Assembly (NCBI GenBank): GCA_964276515.1
Contig: OZ193909.1
Location: 7,068,001-7,132,000 of the forward strand
Origin: Gordius albopunctatus
Lineage: Eukaryota
DNA: 64,000 nucleotides
Direction of reading: 5' to 3'
Made by a program: the position numbers and the translations under genes. Shown here in pieces: positions 1 to 12,134 of this stretch. Position 1 is the stretch's first letter. The number at the start of each line of letters is the position of its first letter. Below the pieces are notes generated by a model that had not been told where the DNA came from, made no database searches, and saw only the letters and a list, made by a program, of their open reading frames with translations.

Positions 1-140
1 GAAATTCGGGAAGCTCCTATGATTCGGAGTATGCCGATCGGACACATAAAAAGGGTCAAACGGGCCCGGGCGGGCAATTCAACCAAAAAATTGGACCGGA
101 CCGGATTTGGACAGAAAGATTTAAACAAATCTAACCTCTG
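1..140. mobile_element. End of a hAT-type MITE (CAGAGG/CAGAGA-TIR family), truncated by the window edge
   Basis: CGGG/CCCG-rich subterminal motifs end in aaatctaacctctg, matching the terminus aaatctgacctctg of the copy ending at 32715. Confidence 0.6.
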
Positions 141-591
141 ATATGTATTGGGTGGGTAGGGGGGGGGGGGGTATTCGGCCTAAAAACGCCGATTTTGTAA
201 AACAATTTTTCGATTAATTCAAAACTCTCGTTTAAATTGCAGCTGAAGTGCCCACGTTATATTAGGGTTATTCATGCCATTTCAAAATGTTTCAAATTTA
301 ATTTTAGTATTCAAGCTGTAAATCGTTTCTTAGTTTCGCACGTTAAAGATTTTACCCGAATATGAAGGAAGCTTCTTAAAAACTAGGGTAACAGAATTTT
401 TAAATAAATTTATGCAAGAGGATCCTGGCTCTTCTTTCATAGATCTTCTTGCATAAGTCGTCCAACTATGAGTGATCCCGCTCAGGTGTGCAACACTAAG
501 CAATCATCTATTTTCTATTTGGGACGATGATGAAACGGAAAAGATAGATATATCTTAAATTAAATCTCCTCAAGATGCTCAGCTAGATGTT

Positions 592-790
592 ATTTTATGA
601 TGGAAAGAACACCAACTTATGCTACCAAACTTAACAAAATTAGCTAGTCAGTTTTTGTCAATTCCAGCCAACAGTGCTACGAGTGAAAGCACATTCAGTA
701 ATGCAAGTCGCCTTATAAAACAGAGTAGAACGAAATTATTGCCTGATACTATACATATTTTGGTAAATAAGTTGAAAAATTTCTTATAAA
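592..790 (+). pseudogene. hAT transposase C-terminal dimerisation-domain remnant
   Basis: Translates to *WKEHQLMLPNLTKLASQFLSIPANSATSESTFSNASRLIKQSRTKLLPDTI, matching the hAT W..P.L..LA...LSIPA.S...ER.FS motif. A related copy lies on the - strand near 38760-38930. Confidence 0.85.
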
Positions 791-1754
791 CTGGCAATTA
801 TTGAAAATTTTCACACGGGCAACGTTGGATCAAAATTTATTTTGGAGCAAAAACTATTTGCAAATGCGTCTTCAAAATTTTAAAGGTGTTCAGCAATGCT
901 AAAAACAACTATATTAACTTAAAGTTGGGTGTTCTATGAAGAAGCGTTATTGATTATCGCAGTACTGTGGTCGGAGAGCCATGGCGTTACTGCTTGTCAA
1001 AATGATAAAACGATTAGTTCATCAATCTAAAGTTTAGAGAAGTACATGTAATTGTAACCCACAAATCAATAAAACGATTAAACCCTAATTTAATTTGACG
1101 TGTTCCCCCCCCCTGTTCCCAACCAATTAGGCTTCGGAATCAAGGGAGGCTGCGAAGGCGTTCTTTTATTTTTTGGTGAACTTTGAACGTGAACGCGTTC
1201 CTTTTTTTGATGAACGCGTTCGAATTTAACGTTCGTTCAATTTTAAAATCCCTTTTTTATTTTTATTTATTTGAAAATTAATGTTTATCCGAATTTTTAA
1301 CAAAAAAGTCTTATATTTTTTAATCAGCTGTTTTTCCTGTTTCCTATTACCAATTCTGAAATACTTTTAACATACTATGACGTTCAAAAGAAGATAAGAT
1401 TAAAGTTAATTAATTTGATATTATTAATTATAGTTTAATTTATAGGTTAATATGGACAATCATAATATTATATCGTCGTTATCTTCAGATTCTGAATATT
1501 CAAAATCAGCAGATGAATTGAAATTGCTATGACCAAAATATGAAAAATATTTTTCACTCGTTCCATATAAAGGATCGAATTCAATAATTACCAAATGTAA
1601 AATGTGTGTCCAAAATGTATTATCTCTGTATATAGGTGGCCTTGGATTAAACTTCGAGAAAATGAACCTTTAAAGAATAAACTTTTAGTGTTATTGAAAA
1701 AGGGGATTAAAGCCCCTAGAATTGATAACGAAAGAGCTGTCAATTCCGAGATAT

Positions 1755-2620
1755 CATATTTTTGACGAGGAAGTAGAGGGCGGATTGTAGGATGATATCT
1801 TGTCGCAATTTTTTGAAGCGAGGAACTCCTTTCTACTGTTTGGGGACAAGATAATACACTCCTCTAGTGGGATACAGCAAGGCGATCCCCTAGGCCCAGC
1901 GCTTTTCTGCCAAGCTACACAGGGGATCATCCAGAAACTGTCTGCCACAGGAAGCTTTTCTTGCAACCTATGGTACATGGACTACAATTTTTGGTGGGCC
2001 CCGCGAGTGAAATACGTAAAATATGGCCGATAATTGAATCCTTTTCAGATTCAATTGGCCTCGAACTGAACCACTTAAAATGTGAAGTATACAGCAGGTA
2101 TCCTTCAATAGATACCTCAACACTCCCCTTTCCTGTCCTCACTCTCGACCAGTTCAGCCACCTAGGCACACCGCTGGGTGGGCCCATATCTTTCCAACGC
2201 TTTCTGGCCAAATTTTTAACTTTCATAGAGTCTGTCAAACCTACCCTGCAGAAACTAACTCCACACCATGCATTTTTTTGGCTAAAAATTTTCTGCTAAT
2301 TTCGAAAATAAATCGGGCCTTGCGTGCTTTACCTATCTTTGGCTGCCCGGAGCAATTAAATTTAATCGAATGAAACATTCAGTCTCTTTTTGAGACCTGC
2401 TTAAATATAAAGTTTACTCCAGTCCAATGGCTCCAGGCATCCCTCCCTTCTAAGAGTGGGGGAATTGGTATCCGATCTCCGCAACAGATAGCATTAGCGG
2501 GTTTTATATCTTCGCGCATAAGTACCGACCTCCTTATCTCTGTCATGACATCCCTCCCAGACCCGCAACTCCATGAGGCTCTCCACAGGTGGGACGCGGA
2601 CAAGCTCGAGTCAGCCGAAC
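1755..2620 (+). mobile_element. CRE-like (RLE-class) non-LTR retrotransposon fragment 1, reverse transcriptase region, decayed
   Basis: SSSGIQQGDPLGPALFC, NLWYMD and GLELNHLKCE motifs across frameshifted ORFs 1800-2299. Confidence 0.8.
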
Positions 2621-2629
2621 GACCACTCG

Positions 2630-3980
2630 GATTTCCTTCGATTTTGAAATTTGGAGAATTCTTCCTTGAATCCGCAGAAGGGATCCAACAAGGCGACCCC
2701 CTAGGCCCCCCTTTATTCTGCTTGGCTATAAATCACCTAATTAACGAAATTAACAAACATTGTAAACTCACCCTTAATGTCTGGTATCTAGATGATGCCA
2801 CTCTTGCTGGCACCCCTGACAACCTAGTCCAAGCACGAAGTTTTACACACTATAAAAACTTTTTTAAATCCACTCTTGAATCAATTTTAAATATTTTTTT
2901 TAACACCAATAGTTGGCTTCAAGCCACACTTCCCACAAAATCCGGTGTTCTAGGTATTCGCTCACCATCTGCGATTTCCCTAGCCGCCTTTATTTCTTCC
3001 TCATCTTTTAAACATCATATTAACGACCTTGTCTTGTCCCATTCTCACTTCATCCCTCCATAAATCAAGCCCTATCTTTATGGAATGAAAACGTCAATGT
3101 AGGAGCTAATATACCACAATCATACGCTCAAAAAGATTTGGATGCAAGTTTGGTGTCGCGGTCCGTTTCTTACCTTCTCTCGACATGCGACGCCAAACAG
3201 CATTGCAATCTTAGGCCATTGGCTTTCGACCAATCCGGTCATGAATGGCTTGAAGCTTACCCAAGTAAGTTTTCGGGAATGTTTTTAGAGAACCCTACCC
3301 TGTCCTACAATATAGCCCTCCGCTTGGGCTATAAATACACGTCCCCATACCCCTGCCGACTTTGTAATTCACTTGTAGATGAGGAAGCACGTTACCCTCT
3401 GCATCGTAAATTTAACAAAAACCGGTATTGTAGGCACCAAAAAATAAATACATTACTTCAAGCTGCCCTCAAACGGGCAAAAGTCCCTTCCATCCTTGAA
3501 CCTTCAGATCCCTTTCTCGAAGGGCGGATGAGTCCGGACGGTTCGTCACTTATCCCATGGGACAAAGGCCTTTTCTTAGAATGGGACTACACCTGTGTTG
3601 ACCTGTTTACTCCCTCAAACGATACTCACGACCCCCTAGGATCGGCAGAGCATCGTAAATCCTTAAAATACTCAGCTTTATCCCAAACCTCCATTTTTAT
3701 TCCTATCGTCTCGTCGTGCTCAGGGATGTTTGGGAAGAGCGCATTAATTTTTTTAAAGAACTCAATAAACGCTCGCCCCCGTCTAAAATATCGAATAGTT
3801 TCTTACTAAGACAATCAATTGCCATCGCGATCGCTAAATCCAATTTTTATTCTTTGATGGATTCAATGCCCATTCTCAAAAATAAAGATAGTGTGTTTTA
3901 ATCATTTTTTTACAAATGCCTTCGTTCTTGTATCTTTTTAATAATTTCGCTCAATATTTAATACTTTTTATTTAATAAAG
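2630..3980 (+). mobile_element. CRE-like non-LTR retrotransposon fragment 2: RT, Zn knuckle and restriction-like endonuclease
   Basis: GIQQGDPLGPPLFC, WYLDD, CRLC...RH, EP...PDG..LIPW..G....WDYTCVD and AE..K..KY motifs. Ends near aataaa at about 3974. Confidence 0.85.
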
Positions 3981-3984
3981 CATG

Positions 3985-4810
3985 TCAAAAAAAGGAATGG
4001 GATCTTCCCCTAATAGCACGTTCCGTATCTTTTCTTTCTTCGAACGAACTATCTCAGGGAAAACTCCTTTTCAATTGGGCCTCTTCCAAGAGCGGTTACG
4101 AATGGCTCGAAGCAATCCCGAGCAGGAATTTGGGAATCCATGTGTCTGGGGAGGAGTTAGGCATAGCCATAGGCCTCCATCTCGGATGTGACATATTATC
4201 CCCTTTCGTATGCGATCTCTGCTAACAGTCGGTCCAGCCCAATGGTCATCATCCCCTCCATTGCAAATACAGCAAAGATCGCAACCCCAGGCACACGGCG
4301 ATCAACAAAATCACCGGCCAGTACCTTAGGAGGGCTGGCTACCCAAACACCTTGGAGCCCGTCGGCCTTAGCACCACCGATGAGAAAAGACCAGACGGGG
4401 TCACACTCATCCCATGGTCCCGTGGACTGAATCTCACTTGGGACTTCACCACGGTCGACATATTCGCCCCTTTCAACTCCTCTCCCTACCTTATAGTCAG
4501 TGCAGAGAATATGAAGACGGCAAAATATTCTTCCCTCGTGCACACAATATTAATTCCCGTAGTGGCAACCACAATTGGAAATTTAGGCTTTGAAACTCCC
4601 GCTCTCCTGAAACAAATTGGAAAAGCGATCTCCAGCGTCTCCTTAGATTTGAAAGAGTCCTTTTTTATCAGGCAAACGATGATATCCATACCATACACGG
4701 ATCAATGCCATCAGTTTAGTTATAGCGCGTTTTTATATTTTTTTTAGTTGCGTATGTAATTTTTGTATACCATTTAATAAAGTGTAGTTTTTGGTTTTAA
4801 AAAAAAGTTA
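3985..4810 (+). mobile_element. CRE-like non-LTR retrotransposon fragment 3: Zn knuckle, RLE and 3' end
   Basis: CDLC...HPLHC...RH and LEPVGLSTTDEKRPDGVTLIPWSRGLNLTWDFTTVD, followed by aataaa and an A-run at about 4776-4807. Confidence 0.85.
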
Positions 4811-5159
4811 AAAAGAAAACATAACTATCAAATTCGTAATCAGGTTGCTCATCCGTTTTTTCAAAATTCGTATAAGTTTGGGCAATCCCAAATCAATTAA
4901 TTTGGGCTATGGTGACAGCCATGAAACATCATATTACAATGTTTATAGCATTAAGCGCCTATTAAGTGTAGTGGCTAAATTAATTCATCCTTGCCAAATC
5001 GCTGAGCATGATCGTAGTCAAAATCTTAATAAAAATGGTGGTATTTTAACCATAATTATAATATAAAAATATGAATTTAGAATGGGAGGGGGTGGCTGAT
5101 TCACCTTGCCCCCCTCCGGGCAAATTTCATAAACTCAATTATAGGTTTTTAAATCGCAA

Positions 5160-5719
5160 CCAGGTCGGGTCGGGTTCGGGTTAAAAATTTACAAACACTT
5201 TCGGGTCGGGTTCGTGTTGAAAATTTTAGAATGCATTCGGGTCGGGTAGGGTTGGATTTATAGAGTCGGGTCAAAGGATATGAATCTTACATTACAAAAT
5301 GAACTAAACGTATTTGTTAAATTAATGTTATTATCTATAATTTTTGTAAAACAATATCGAATTGTATAACTAATTATAATAATTCATTCATATAACCAAT
5401 TTCCTTTTCTATTTTTTTAATTCGTTTAATTTGGAGGCAAATTTAAATTTAAAGCTGAATCACGAAAATGACCACACTGCTGGGAGAATTATAGAAGAGA
5501 GAAGTAATTTACGCCCCGAAATTGTAGACGCCACAATATTTATACATAATTATAGTAAATCAATTTAATAAATTTATTATAATTAAATTTTGTATGATCG
5601 TTTCTGTCGAATAAATTTTTTATCCTCAAATTTTTCTACTTGGTCGCGTTCGGGTTGAAAATTTAAAAACGCTTTCGGGTCGGGTTCGGGTTGAAAAAAA
5701 GTGACTTTGCAGGCCTCTA
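5160..5719. mobile_element. hAT-type MITE (TAGAGGCCTGCA family), left end not found
   Basis: Near-identical to 26777-27377 and ends in tgcaggcctcta. Confidence 0.75.
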
Positions 5720-7050
5720 CTTTGGCTATCTAACGATACCAACCTTCAACTTATAAATATTATCTTAAGGCATTCTTTAGACTATGATAAGATCAACAAT
5801 TTGAATAAATTATTTTTTATCCTTCGCTTGCCACAAGTTAAATGATATAACAGAGATCAATAATTTAATATTGAATGTAATTTTTCCTCATTTTAAACGT
5901 AACACAGATTATCTCTTAGGCAAAAATTTATAATTCAAAATAATGTTCTTATAGAGATTATTATAAGTTGCTAATATTAAAGTTCTAATGCTTTATAGGC
6001 TCAAATACATAAATGAGAAAAGCCAGGATTTGAATAAAAAGGGAGGCAATATTTCATTTTTAGCCATAATTATATTAAATTATTTTTTGGCTTAGAGGGA
6101 GGCAGTCACGTTCACTGCCTCTTAGCAGATAAGCTTTTGAGTACAAATAGGTTTAATTAATTAAAAATAATAAAGAGTATATTTCTAAAATAGAATCCTA
6201 TAATTTGGTTGGATACAATTACAAGTTTAGACATTTCATAAAATCTCTTAGCATTTAAGGCTTTTAGATTAGATTAGTCTAAAGTTAGTAAAATACCATT
6301 TATTTATGATCCCTTTGTCAATTAAATAAATAGATTATTACCCCTAATTACCAAATAAATTAGCATCAAAACTTGTTTCTTTTTCAGTTAGAAGTCTTTT
6401 ATCAATATAATAAATTCAATTTTATTGAATAATATGCAAATTTTAAAAGGAATGAGTTCAATTAACAGATTTTAAATGTCCCTTTGTATAGAATATAAAA
6501 TTTATACTCATTTAATAAAAATATTTTACTTCAACAAAATATAATACAAAAAAGCATCTAATAGTAGGAATGAAATTATGATCTTAATTTAATGCCTATA
6601 CAATGTAGAGGCGTGCTATTAAATAAATAATGCAAAATTGGTAAATTTATACTATAATTTATTTTTTACCATATGGGAATTTTTAAATCAGCTTTGCACA
6701 ATTTTATTGATAATGAGCAAAATGATACAATTTCTCACAACTAAACCTTTAATTCGCTTACAAATAGCTTTAGACCGTTTTAAACCTGATTTAAGGTAAA
6801 CCTATTGATTTTCAATAATCAACAGAGAAAAACAAACAAAATAAATAAATAAGAATTATTTTTTTGTCTCCCGATTTATAAAAAAAATATAAAAATTATA
6901 ATTTTTTTAACTCCTATTTTTTTTATTAAATGAAACTATAAACAACTATAAAAATATATATTACGTCTAGAAAAGGGCCTAAAGATTTTATATTATTTGT
7001 CAGAGTGTTATATATTAGCAGCTAATTCTATCGCATTGGGGTTAAGAGCC

Positions 7051-7225
7051 TATAGCGTATCTCGTTTATTAAGGAACATAAAACAAACAAGTGACGATTG
7101 TAATCATAATAACACGTTTAAATATTCATTCGATTTACAACCAATTAACAATAAATTAACATTGCGTTTCAATTCGAACGCTCGAGGTCATGCCAATTAG
7201 GTAGATAGTATTTGCATACATTACA
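7051..7225 (-). repeat. 3' LTR of the Mag-like element
   Basis: Direct repeat of 11082-11256; reads TGTAAT...GCTATA on the - strand. Confidence 0.95.
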
Positions 7226-7237
7226 TTACTCCCCCTT

Positions 7238-10200
7238 TTAAAGTTGCCCTCCATCGTATCGATCAGGTGGTTTGGATACCCTTTTGTGTTCTAGAATGTT
7301 TCGCTCGGACACCGCACCTTGGTCAATCGTTTTTCTTTCCCGTAACTGATCTCCGTGTTTCCTTCTTATATTTCCGTCTATATTAACGTCATACGTAGTC
7401 GAACTTGTTCGGGCTTCTACAAGTCCTTCCCTCCATCCCGGACTTGTGTCATTATGTACCCACACCTGCTGCTCGGGTTCGAAGAATCTTTCTTGGGTCC
7501 ATCGGTTTTTATAGTACTTTTGTTTCCAGATTGATTCTTCAACCTTGTCGCGAGTCGTTCTTCTGAGCTGGTCTAGCGTCGTACGAATCCTTCGATTGAA
7601 CATCGCCTCAGCCGGGCTAATACCTGTAGTCACGTTTTGACTACTACGCATGCTCATTAATACTTGTAGTAAATTTAACGAGTCATTTACCCCCGACTTT
7701 TTATTCGCGTAGAACTTACTTTTAATAGTTCTAATATATCTCTCGGCTAAACCATTAGTTTTGGGGTGGTAGGGCGGTCCCGTAAATTGAACTATGCCAT
7801 TGTTTTTACAAAAAATTTTAAATTCCGTAGATTTAAATTGTGGGCCATTGTCACTGACAATATATCTAGGTAACCCAAAACGTGCAAAAATTGTCCTTAA
7901 ATTTTGGATAATTTTTGTTGAGTTTATCTCGCCTAGCACCATTACTTCGGGCCATTTTGTAAAAGCATCAATGCAAACTAACCAATACTTCTTATTGATG
8001 GGTCCCGCTAAGTCTATGTGAACCCGTTCCCAAGGCTTGTTAGGGACGTTCCAAGCGTATAGGGGTACCTCTTTAATGTTTGGTCGTTCTTCTTGGCAAT
8101 GTTTACAGGTATTAACGTATTTTTCTATGTCTACGTCAATATTATTCCAGTAAACATAGTATCTCCCTAATGACTTCATAGCCACGATTCCCGGATGACC
8201 ATCATGTAGAATTTTAAGAATATCTGGCCTTAATTTTTCCGGAATTATAAGTCGATCTTTATAAAATAAAAGATTATTTTCGAAAGAAATGTAATTTCTT
8301 AATTGCAGGTATTTTCGTACGTTATCGTTATTTGAAGAGCCTTGCCATCTATTTTTAAATTGCTCTATAACTTCTTTTAGTACATTATCTTTTATTGTTT
8401 CCTCTACAATATTTTTTGTATTCAAAGTCAAATCATCGATTAATTGTAATTTAATTCTTCGTATGTCATTATCTATGTTTAAATTATGAGGTGAATCCTT
8501 TGGGCATAACCGAGAAAGTGCATCAGCACACTGATTAGATTTCCCTGGGATGTATTTTATATCATAATCATATTGAAGTAATTTAATTGCCCATCTTAGT
8601 AACCTATTATTGGTTATTTTACTAAGATCCCGGGTTGTCCCAAAAATATTTATAAGAGGGTGGTGATCTGTCTGAATTGTGAATTTACGACCATAAATAT
8701 ACTGATGGAATTTATTTATCGCATAAATTACTGCCGATGCCTCTCTGTCGATGACGGAGTAATTTTTCTCGGCGGAATTTAGGGAACGAGAGGCGTAGGC
8801 AATAGGTTTTTCTTGGCCAGAGGAAAACTTATGCGCTATAACTGCTCCTAAACCTAAATCTGACGCGTCGATTGAAATTATGATAGGCAATTCTTTTTGA
8901 TAAGGCACTATAGTTTTTCTGTTTGAGATTGTAGTTTTAACTTTTTCAAAAGTTAATTTTTCTAAGTCGCCCCATACCCATTTTGTATTTATGGAAGTTA
9001 ATTTGTATAAAGGAGCGCAATTTATCTGAAGGTTGGGGATAAAAGTTTCTAAATAGTTTACCAACCCAAGGAAAGAACGAAGTTCCTTTTTGTTTTCGGG
9101 TGTTTTAAAACTTTTAATCTTTAGAATCTTATCCTCACTCGCTGTTATGCCTTCACTATTAATTATATGTCCTAAGTATTTGACAGACTTTTTAAATAGT
9201 TGCATTTTTGTTTGTGATGTTGTTAACCCAACCGTTTTAAATAGATTCAATACGGTTATTAATTTGTTTAAGTGATCCTTTTCGTTTTTACCGCTAATTA
9301 TAACATCGTCCATAAAGACGCTCACCCCGGGTATGTTATTAACCAATTGTCTCATAAACCTATGAAAGATAATCGGCGCTGTTGTAAGCCCAAACGGTAA
9401 TCTCTTAAAACGAAAATATCCTGTATGCGTTGATATGTTTAAATATTTCCTTGATTTCTCATCAAGTTCAAGTTGTAAAAAGGCATCTTTGAGGTCAATG
9501 ATAGAAAAAATTTTACCTCCGACTATTCTTTCAGCCACGTCGCTGAAAGTTGGTAAAATATCCTGATCTTTAGCCAAGTGTTGATTTATGGTTAAACGAA
9601 AATCACCACATATACGCACCTGCCCTGTTTTCTTCTTAACATTTACAGTTGGCGTAGCCCATTTAATTGGCGTTAAAGTAGGATTAATTTTTTAAATGAT
9701 GTCTTCGTTGAGTAGCCGTTGGAGTTCATCTTCTACAGCTTGTCGTAGTGGAAACGGTACTCTTCTCGCTGCAAACATTTTTGGTATCGCGTTATCATTG
9801 ATCTCGAGTGTCACTTTGAAATCTTTTACTTTTCCTAATTTTTCGGAAAATACGTGGGGAAACTGTTTAATAATCGCATGTACATTTGAAGGTATTTCAA
9901 TGATAGAGTTTAGGCAAACCGACGTTGGTAGAGTTAAGTTAAATTTTGAGATAAATGGCATACCAAATATTGCTGAACCTTTACCTTTGATGACATAAAT
10001 ATCTAAGTACTTTGTCACACCACCAACGTCCACCTTCACTTTGGTTTTACCATGTGTTGCAATAGCCGTTCTACCATAGCCGTATATCTTCGGAGCTTGG
10101 TAAAGTTTAGGCTTCCCGATTCGAGACCACGTTATTTCATCAATTACGCTACATGCCGCACCCGTGTCGAAGATCATTTCATAGGGCACATCGTTAATGC

Positions 10201-10975
10201 GTACGTTGATGTGGGCTTTGGTGTGATGGTCGGAGTCGTGGTTGATGGCTGATAACGTATTCGTCGTCACCGTTCTACAATTTTTTGCTATATGGTTTGG
10301 TTTCCCACACCGATAACATTTAAGGGGTGGATTTTTCCTAAATGTGCTAAATTTAGGAAAATGTACATCTTTATTGTTGAAGTTATTAAACGACTGCTTA
10401 ACCTTGTTTACTTCAACAGCCCCCGATGTTTCGTGTTCTACCGAATCTAACGCCAATGCTAGATTAACTGTTTCTTCGAAACTTATGTTACCTCTCGGAT
10501 ACTTAGCTCTTAACTCAATGTTAAGCCTTGGTAAGTTACATCCTAGGACAAATATGTCCTTTAATACCTCGTCTAGATTATTTCCAAATTTACAATTTTT
10601 CCAAAGAAATTTCAACCGAATACTAAATTCAATAATAGTTTCGTTATTTCTACTAGCCTTATAAAATTGTTCTCTATGGTGGTAAATAGAAAACTTATTG
10701 GCGAATATACTCCTAAGGGCTTTAATTATCTCATCGTAATTAGTTTCGTCTACTAATTTTGGATATAAAAAGTCTCTTATTTTTGTTAGATTGTTAAAAC
10801 CTACGTAAGTGAGTAACAAAGTTTTTCGCCTTTCTCCCGTGATATCTCTCAACTTGAATAAGAGCTCAATATTAAATAAATAGTCATCAATCGAATTACT
10901 TGGATTATACAGAATTGAATCCTTTAATTCTTTTGAGTAATCGCAAGAAAAATTCGTCTCCGGTTTGATGTCCAT
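7238..10975 (-). CDS. Gag-Pol polyprotein (CCHC knuckle, protease, RT, RNase H, integrase) interrupted by one in-frame TAA at 9692-9694
   Basis: CYRCGKPNHIAKNC, FDTGA, RICGDF, FMDD, DAS, TDH, HHCC, and integrase HIDLAG/SDNGPQF/E. ORFs 9692-10975 and 7238-9619 are in the same frame, and the linker reads KINPTLTPIKWATPTVNVKKKTGQV. Confidence 0.93.
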
Positions 10976-11067
10976 CTGAAAATAATATGGATAATAAATT
11001 ATTTAAGTTGAACGAGGTAGGGAGCGTCTTCTACACGAGGTTGAGTTTAAGGTCCAAGGGTTTCTAA

Positions 11068-11080
11068 ATCCTCGTCGCCA
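11068..11080 (-). promoter_or_regulatory. Primer binding site, likely tRNA-Ser(GCU)
   Basis: TGGCGACGAGGAT lies 1 nt inside the 5' LTR. It is complementary to the ...AUCCUCGUCGCCA 3' end I recall for metazoan tRNA-Ser(GCU). Confidence 0.75.
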
Positions 11081-11081
11081 T

Positions 11082-11256
11082 TATAGCGTATCTCGTTTAT
11101 TAAGGAACATAAAACAAACAAGTGACGATTGTAATCATAATAACACGTTTAAATAGTCATTCGATTTACAACCAATTAACAATCAATTAACATTGCGTTT
11201 CAATTCGAACGCTCGAGGTCATGCCAATTAGGTAGATAGTATTTGCATACATTACA
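11082..11256 (-). repeat. 5' LTR of the Mag-like element
   Basis: Direct repeat of 7051-7225. Confidence 0.95.
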
Positions 11257-11789
11257 GAGCCCCTAACCATTTTCTTATTTATGGGAGGGCCCCTTAAACC
11301 AAACCACCCAATAGTAAATTCATCCACTGTTGGTCCATATATAAATTAAATTCGTTTTTAGACATTAACAATTGAAAAAAGGGAGTGTTCTTTACAGTCC
11401 TTAGTGTTAGGAATGGAGTTTATTAATTATTCATGAAGGCGCGAGACAACATAAAAACTCTGTAAAATACGAACAAATGGTATCCAAAGTGCGAAATAGA
11501 CGTACCGTAAAAACAAATAATAATAAGGAGTACAATTAAATTTATGTATATAACGTATGTTTTCTTTTTATTTTTGGTTCTCAATCATATTCTGCAATAA
11601 TTCTTGAAGGGGGGCAAACGTCACGTATAGGGCGAGGCACCGGGCCTGAATTGACTTGAATATCACTTTCAGCTAATAAGACCTGATCAATATGTTGAGC
11701 TATATCCTTTCCAGCTAATATAACCTTTTCATTCGGTTAAGCTAAGTCTGCGGGGAACCATTTCGTTGGTAGTAGTAACTCCGTAGCCT

Positions 11790-11950
11790 TATTTCTTAAT
11801 TGATCGACGTGCTTCCGCCACGGTATTCCATCCACCTCTACAGAATATGACAACGGTTTCGTTCTTGTTGCAATGGATCCCTCTACCATCACTGACTCAA
11901 TTCGTTTCTCACTCATACGGGTTGCTCAGGATGGAATTCTCGTACCTTTA
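11790..11950 (-). pseudogene. Gypsy integrase C-terminal fragment (older relative of the adjacent element)
   Basis: VREFHPEQPV*VRN...IATRTKPLSYSVEVDGIPWRKHVDQLR parallels ERFFEPEQQVWVHN...YDVNIDGNIRRKHGDQLR in the 7238-9619 ORF. Confidence 0.7.
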
Positions 11951-12134
11951 ATCCCTTGTCATGCGCCTAGCTATCGACATTGGCTGCAGATTTATGCCAA
12001 GCCCGTACTCCGACCCAAAAGCAGCTGTATTGGTAGGGCCATAACCACCCTTGCACTGCAGATTTATGCCAAGCCCGTACTCCAACCCAAAAGCAGCTGT
12101 ATTGGTAGGGCCATAACCACCCTTGCAATTGTTT

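Larger units (their letters stand above)
7051..11256 (-). mobile_element. Full-length Ty3/Gypsy LTR retrotransposon (Mag-like)
   Basis: 175-bp LTRs at 7051-7225 and 11082-11256 with 2 mismatches, 5-bp TSD gagcc (7046-7050, 11257-11261), PPT aaaagggggag on the - strand, PBS, and gag-pol. Confidence 0.97.

Noticed and set aside
9692..9694. Programmed stop-codon readthrough between gag and pol
   Set aside because: The stop lies inside the RT N-terminus, downstream of the protease, not at a gag/pol boundary.
7794..10664. + strand ORFs within the Mag-like element (and similar antisense ORFs in the RTE and CsRn1 elements)
   Set aside because: Antisense shadows of the real coding frames.
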